IMG/VR virus record: IMGVR_UViG_3300045988_172893
Coordinates: 1 to 41,532 of that record
From: a virus
Strand: one strand, 5' to 3'
Length of the DNA: 41,532 nt
The notes under the pieces were generated by a model. That model saw nothing but the letters and a program-made list of their open reading frames with translations, ran no database searches and was not told the origin of the DNA. This document shows, piece by piece, positions 37,475 to 41,532 of the stretch (position 1 is the stretch's first letter; every line of letters begins with the position of its first letter). The position numbers were made by a program, and so were the translations under genes.

Positions 37475-38068
37475 ATGAACAAGAAATATAAACTTGTAGA
37501 AAAGAAATTCTTTCCAGAAATCAATAAAGAATTGTGGCAAATTGAATCCCTCTGCGATTTTGGGAATGTTAAAAAAGGTGAAAAAGGCGGTTGGATTGAA
37601 AAAGAGTCTAACCTTTACAACGAGACTGATGAGAATGCGTTGGTCTACGGAAATGCGTTGGTCTACGGAAATGCGTGGGTCTACGGAAATGCGAGGGTCT
37701 ACGGAGACGCGAGGGTCTACGGAGACGCGAGGGTCTACGGAGACGCGGAGGTCTACGGAGACGCGGAGGTCTGCGGAGACGCGGAGGTCTGCGGAGACGC
37801 GAGGGTCTACGGAAATGCGGAGATATTAGTTTTGGGCAAATTAGGAGATTTTCGCCGATTTATAACCGCGACTTGGAGCAAGGATAATTGCTTAAAAGTA
37901 AGGGCTGGATGTTTCTTTGGCACAATAGATGCCTTTCAAAAAGCCGTCATCGAAAAATATGGAGAGGGTGAAAGCGATTATATGCTTATTATTCCTCTTT
38001 TGCGCAAAAAAGAAAAAGAGTGGGATGAGGCGCAACAAAAAAGGAACAAAAATGAACAAAAAATATAA
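37475..38068 (+). CDS. Hexapeptide-repeat protein: ~10-11 tandem copies of N/D-A-x-V-Y/C-G, likely a beta-helix
   Basis: Encoded by a near-identical 18-bp tandem DNA array. Overlaps the methyltransferase start by 17 nt. Confidence 0.5.
   Translation: MNKKYKLVEKKFFPEINKELWQIESLCDFGNVKKGEKGGWIEKESNLYNETDENALVYGNALVYGNAWVYGNARVYGDARVYGDARVYGDAEVYGDAEVCGDAEVCGDARVYGNAEILVLGKLGDFRRFITATWSKDNCLKVRAGCFFGTIDAFQKAVIEKYGEGESDYMLIIPLLRKKEKEWDEAQQKRNKNEQKI
37634..37818. repeat. 18-bp tandem repeat GCG(T/A/G)(T/G)GGTCTACGGA(A/G)A(T/C), about 10 copies
   Basis: Read by eye. Copies differ at only 2-4 positions. Confidence 0.85.
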
Positions 38069-38586
38069 TATAATCTACGCTGACCCACCGTGGAAATATA
38101 AAGACAAAACCTGCGATGGTTGCGCGGAGGCTCACTATAAAACAATGTCCATACAGGATATTTGCCATCTACGGGTTCAGGATATATGCGAAAAGGATTG
38201 CATCCTTTTCCTCTGGGCAACCTATCCGATGCTTAGTGAAGCCTTGAAAACCGTTGAAGCTTGGGGATTTACTTACAAAACAATCGGATTTCAGTGGATA
38301 AAACAAAAGTGGCAACGGGTACTTTTTCGGATTAGGGCGTTGGACGCGGGGCAACTCAGAATGTTGCCTCATTGCGACAAAAGGGAAAATCAAACGAAAA
38401 TCAACCAGCGTTTCTCAGTTGGTCTTCAGCCCTCTCGAGGGACACTCAAAGAAGCCAGATGTAGTTCGAGATTTAATTGTGGAACTTGTCGGGGATTTAC
38501 CACGGGCGGAATTATTCGCAAGGCAAAAGAAAAAAGGCTGGGACGCATGGGGTAATGAAATAGAAAGCGATTTTGAATTATGTTAA
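38052..38586 (+). pseudogene. MT-A70/COG4725-type N6-adenine DNA methyltransferase interrupted by a +1 frameshift near 38301-38310
   Basis: Frame 0 encodes IIYADPPWKY...CILFLWATYPML...AWGFTYKTIGFQWIKQK. Frame +1 from ~38302 encodes SGNGYFFGLGRWTRGNSECCLIATKGK...HSKKPD...ELFARQKKKGWDAWGNE. The switch is at AAACAAAAGT. Confidence 0.7.
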
Positions 38587-39011
38587 TCGAATTAGATATT
38601 ATACCGCCCAAGAACACGGGACAATCGGGCAAAAGGCTCGGTTGCCCACGGGGGCGGGCGATGATGTTTGAAACAAAGGAAAGCAAGGATACAAAGGCTA
38701 TGTATTTGGCTTTGCTTTACGAAAAAAAACCTTCCAAACCCTTCGATGTCCCGATTGCAGTAGAATACAAATTCTACTTTCCATACAATAGCACGGTAAA
38801 AAAGAGCATTCAGAAGCAGGGATTAATTGTTCCAAAGACCACAAAGCCTGACTGGGACAATATTCCAAAGCAAATACAGGATGTTATGACGAGGCTTCAA
38901 TTTTGGACAGATGACGCCCTGATTTACAAGGGGACTTGTTCAAAGTGGTTTGCACCAGAGGGCAGTATAGTAATAGAAATCATACCTTTTAACGGAGAAA
39001 ACACAAAATGA
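38580..39011 (+). CDS. rusA: RusA Holliday-junction resolvase
   Basis: TKPDWDNIPKQIQDVM...WTDDALIY matches the RusA catalytic motifs (KPDxDN, DD). Confidence 0.65.
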   Translation: MLIELDIIPPKNTGQSGKRLGCPRGRAMMFETKESKDTKAMYLALLYEKKPSKPFDVPIAVEYKFYFPYNSTVKKSIQKQGLIVPKTTKPDWDNIPKQIQDVMTRLQFWTDDALIYKGTCSKWFAPEGSIVIEIIPFNGENTK

Positions 39012-39442
39012 CAGACGAACAATTCAACAGTATATCAGAAAAACTAAACGCGATTCTCGAGCTACTCACCACATCAAAGGTGAATGCGGAGAAAAAAGAA
39101 AACGCACCTAAAACGAGCACAAACGCCCCCAGAAGCGATTCCAAGACCCTCACGGGTACAGTCAAATGGGCAGAGCTAAAAGAGGGCAAGAGAGGGCAAT
39201 TTCTTGTGTTTAAGCTCTTCGACTCGGAAGACGGCATTGTTGCCTGCAATATCTGGGACATTGATTCAGTGGGAACTTGCGCAGATGGAATGAAGGTAGA
39301 AGTAAGTGGATATTATAGCACTTGGGGGCAATATTCCAATTTCACGGTAAAAAGCCTCAAAATCCTTTCCGCGCCCGAAGGGGAAGCCCAACCAACTTCA
39401 TCCAACACTCCTGAAGATGACGAAGACGAAGTTCCGTTCTAA
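39008..39442 (+). CDS. SSB-like OB-fold protein with an acidic C-terminal tail ...EDDEDEVPF
   Basis: OB-fold-like core (TGTVKWAELKEGKRGQFLVFKLFDSEDGIVACNIWD...VEVSGYY...FTVKSLKIL) and an SSB-Ct-like terminus. Confidence 0.45.
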   Translation: MTDEQFNSISEKLNAILELLTTSKVNAEKKENAPKTSTNAPRSDSKTLTGTVKWAELKEGKRGQFLVFKLFDSEDGIVACNIWDIDSVGTCADGMKVEVSGYYSTWGQYSNFTVKSLKILSAPEGEAQPTSSNTPEDDEDEVPF

Positions 39443-39462
39443 CCCCAACACATCGCGACAAT

Positions 39463-39651
39463 ATGAAGATTTCGAGAGAAAAGAGAGATGAGATTCGGAA
39501 AAGATATGCGCGCTACCAGCGCATACTGAACCGAATTAAAAAGGACAATATCACGGCACTCGCGAAGGAGTTCGGCGTAAGCGCAACACGGATATTTTAC
39601 ATCGTAAACGTAAAAGAAAAACAGAAAGGAGAAGGCAATGATAACATTTGA
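39463..39651 (+). CDS. Small HTH DNA-binding protein (62 aa)
   Basis: ITALAKEFGVSATRIFYIV is a helix-turn-helix. Confidence 0.45.
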   Translation: MKISREKRDEIRKRYARYQRILNRIKKDNITALAKEFGVSATRIFYIVNVKEKQKGEGNDNI

Positions 39652-39856
39652 AGTTGATGAGGTTTGGGCAAAACTCACGGTAAGCGAAGAGGAAAAACCT
39701 TTGCTTAAAAAGGAAGCAGGCGGAGGAGTGTCCTCTAATGATATTGCACTTGGAATTATCACAATCCTTGCCATTAGAAGTATGGGCAAGAAAGCTCAAA
39801 AAGAAATTATGGAAAATCTAAACAAAGGATACAAGGAGGTGTTGAAAAATGTCTAA
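39638..39856 (+). CDS. Hypothetical protein (72 aa)
   Basis: ORF overlapping its neighbours, with a hydrophobic segment. Confidence 0.35.
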   Translation: MITFEVDEVWAKLTVSEEEKPLLKKEAGGGVSSNDIALGIITILAIRSMGKKAQKEIMENLNKGYKEVLKNV

Positions 39857-40241
39857 TTGCAACTATTTCTGGGCGATTTCTGCACGGTTCTTTTCGCAAA
39901 AAGGTAAACGATACTTCACGGGTTATCTTATCGATAGAGGCACAGAACAGCATCGATACGATGTAATCGTGAAAGAAAAGCCTGAACTTGAAACAGAAAC
40001 AAAACTAAAACGAACCACGCTATCCTCGTACAAGGTGATTCGGTTCGCAAGAAAGGAACATCTGAGGAAATTCGCAGAACAATCAGTAGAAAGATTTAAT
40101 CAACACGAAGAACTAAAAAAATACTACAACTGGAAGAAAATGCTACTGGGTCTATTTGTAGCGGAAGTTGAAAAACGCGGAATAGATGTTGGCACAATCG
40201 ACCTTAAAAACGTAAACTACATAATTGGAGAGGCTTATTAA
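39849..40241 (+). CDS. Hypothetical protein (130 aa)
   Basis: ORF coupled to the previous gene. Confidence 0.4.
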   Translation: MSNCNYFWAISARFFSQKGKRYFTGYLIDRGTEQHRYDVIVKEKPELETETKLKRTTLSSYKVIRFARKEHLRKFAEQSVERFNQHEELKKYYNWKKMLLGLFVAEVEKRGIDVGTIDLKNVNYIIGEAY

Positions 40242-40458
40242 AATGGAAAAACTAATAGAGGCAGACTTGTTTTGGACAAAAGACCAACTTAAAAAGGTTC
40301 AAATTGAACTTTTTGAATATCGACGAGAACAAGAAAGATTCACCACTCTTGTTAAACGCAAGGAATTGGAATATAATAGATTAGAACTCAGGAGGGACAT
40401 TTTAAAACAAAAACTGGAACAAATTAAGGAAGAACAAAATAATGAAGAAGAAAAATGA
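40225..40458 (+). CDS. Coiled-coil protein (77 aa)
   Basis: K/E-rich helical sequence. Confidence 0.35.
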   Translation: MERLIKMEKLIEADLFWTKDQLKKVQIELFEYRREQERFTTLVKRKELEYNRLELRRDILKQKLEQIKEEQNNEEEK

Positions 40459-40570
40459 ATACGATAGCAAGATTACCACGGACGATTTCGTTGACTTCGC
40501 TTGCGGACTCGCCTTTTATGAACTAATCGCGATTATAATCGGACTCATTCTAATCGTTGTTTTGCCTTAA
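40442..40570 (+). CDS. 42-aa single-TM peptide (MKKKNEYDSKITTDDFVDFACGLAFYELIAIIIGLILIVVLP)
   Basis: Unlisted small ORF filling the gap between 40458 and 40557. Confidence 0.2.
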   Translation: MKKKNEYDSKITTDDFVDFACGLAFYELIAIIIGLILIVVLP

Positions 40571-40610
40571 AACTTTTCCCACAACTAAATACAATAAAGA
40601 AAGACAAAAT

Positions 40611-40793
40611 ATGAAGACCAAGCAATTCAGAATATATGCTCAAATGGACAAAATTAGAGCAACATTTTACATCAATTCAACGTCCAAAAAATGGGCGGTA
40701 AAAACTCTCATTGAGAAAATCCCATTGCTCACAATAAACGACATAAACCGAATCGTAGAAACCACAACTTATTCCGAAAAGGAGGGAAGATAA
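40611..40793 (+). CDS. Hypothetical protein (60 aa)
   Basis: Internal ATG of track ORF 40557..40793 with an AAAGAAAGACAAAATATG RBS. Confidence 0.3.
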   Translation: MKTKQFRIYAQMDKIRATFYINSTSKKWAVKTLIEKIPLLTINDINRIVETTTYSEKEGR

Positions 40794-41023
40794 TGCAACT
40801 TGGACTTTTAATCGTCGCTGCGATATTTTTCTTCGGGAAACATTTTTCGGTAAGGGCTGTCTTTATTGCTGGAATCCTTTTGGGTTGCTGGGGATACAGG
40901 GAGCACCAATCGTTTGAAGACTTCTGCCTTATGGCGGTAATCTCTTTGGGGTATATCCTTTGCGACATCGCTGGAAATCTCAGAGAAATCGCCAAAAAGT
41001 CGGAATCCGATTCGGAAAATTAA
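40793..41023 (+). CDS. Small membrane protein (2 TM)
   Basis: LLIVAAIFFFG and VFIAGILLGCWGY hydrophobic helices. Confidence 0.4.
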   Translation: MQLGLLIVAAIFFFGKHFSVRAVFIAGILLGCWGYREHQSFEDFCLMAVISLGYILCDIAGNLREIAKKSESDSEN

Positions 41024-41141
41024 AAAAACCTTAAGGAAATACCTTGACTTTTTATACGGAATATAAAAAGCTTGTTTTAACAAAAGAGAAAGACGAGCGT
41101 CTACCGTCTTGAACCTTTTTAAAACCGAGAAAGCGGTTTTA

Positions 41142-41176
41142 GCCCACATAGTAGACGATGTGGGCTTTTTCATTTT
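41142..41176 (+). terminator. Rho-independent terminator (GCCCACAT-loop-ATGTGGGC + TTTTTCATTTT), preceded by a second hairpin at 41121-41140
   Basis: 8-bp perfect stem followed by a T-tract, immediately upstream of the GIY-YIG-like gene. Confidence 0.55.
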
Positions 41177-41532
41177 ATGAGCAAAATTAGCATAGATAAA
41201 GCATTGGAAGAGATAAAGAAAAACAAATCTTCCACGCCGCTATTTAACGGAGCATTTGTATTGTGCAACGCCGATGGAAATCCTTATTACATCGGGAAAA
41301 CAAAAAGCGGCTTATTCTCCAGAAATATATTTGAAAAAGTCTGGTGGAATAAAAATATTGGAGAGATTTTTTCCTTTGTGGACATTCAGAAATGTTCGGA
41401 AGATAGTAGCGTTTCAAATTGTGAAGATGACAGATACCTTGATGAGCTTGTTTTGAAACTGCAAGAATACTATGGCTTACACTCAAATAGGAAGCCCACA
41501 ACGCTCATATCTTTGGAAAAAATAAAAAAAGA
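41177..41532 (+). CDS. N-terminal part of a GIY-YIG nuclease-like (homing-endonuclease-like) protein; continues in frame through the junction to 273
   Basis: GAFVLCNADGNPYYIGKTKSGLFSRN matches the GIY...YIG-K-T...R block of GIY-YIG nucleases. Confidence 0.45.
   Translation, partial: MSKISIDKALEEIKKNKSSTPLFNGAFVLCNADGNPYYIGKTKSGLFSRNIFEKVWWNKNIGEIFSFVDIQKCSEDSSVSNCEDDRYLDELVLKLQEYYGLHSNRKPTTLISLEKIKK

Noticed and set aside
37542-37887. ORFs 37542..37829 (RGSTEMRGSTETR... repeats) and 37675..37887 (GLRRREGLRRR... repeats)
   Set aside because: Alternative-frame translations of the 18-bp tandem array. The frame giving N-A-x-V-Y-G repeats has a start with an RBS and continues into a non-repetitive C-terminal domain.

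Overview
The window is a complete tailed-phage (or excised prophage) genome of about 41.4 kb, assembled as a circle. Bases 1-119 are identical to 41414-41532, and one ORF reads in frame across that junction.

There are two divergent arms. A (+)-strand arm runs 34730 -> end -> 1 -> 8596. It carries replication genes (DnaD-like initiator, DnaC-like loader), nucleotide-metabolism genes (ThyX, MazG-like pyrophosphohydrolase), a recombination set (RecT, RusA, SSB-like) and anti-restriction genes (Lar, an orphan MT-A70-type adenine methyltransferase). It also carries a SleB-family secreted cell-wall hydrolase, a GIY-YIG nuclease-like gene and many small ORFs. A (-)-strand arm runs 34115 -> 8848. It carries TerS, TerL, portal, scaffold-like protein, a decoration-like protein, a lambda-gpE/DUF2184-type capsid protein and neck proteins. 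It also carries a contractile-tail module: sheath, tube, chaperone, tape measure, hub, spike, gp25-like, baseplate J-like and tail fibers. A small GC-rich lysis-like cassette (putative holin and i-spanin) sits at its end. The arms diverge from a 600-bp non-coding region full of short direct repeats, and converge at nested terminators near 8700-8832.

The observations I would look at first are:
- the adenine methyltransferase is split by a +1 frameshift at an A-run
- the gene overlapping its start is built from a near-perfect 18-bp x ~10 tandem array encoding a hexapeptide-repeat protein
- two proteins, the replication initiator and an OB-fold protein, end in an SSB C-terminal 'DDIPF / DEVPF' tail
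- a candidate G/GT-type chaperone frameshift lies upstream of the tape measure gene
- base composition is mosaic (head and lysis genes ~55% GC, the rest ~40%)

Everything is called from the sequence by eye. No searches were run, and coordinates for repeats and hairpins are approximate by a few bases.
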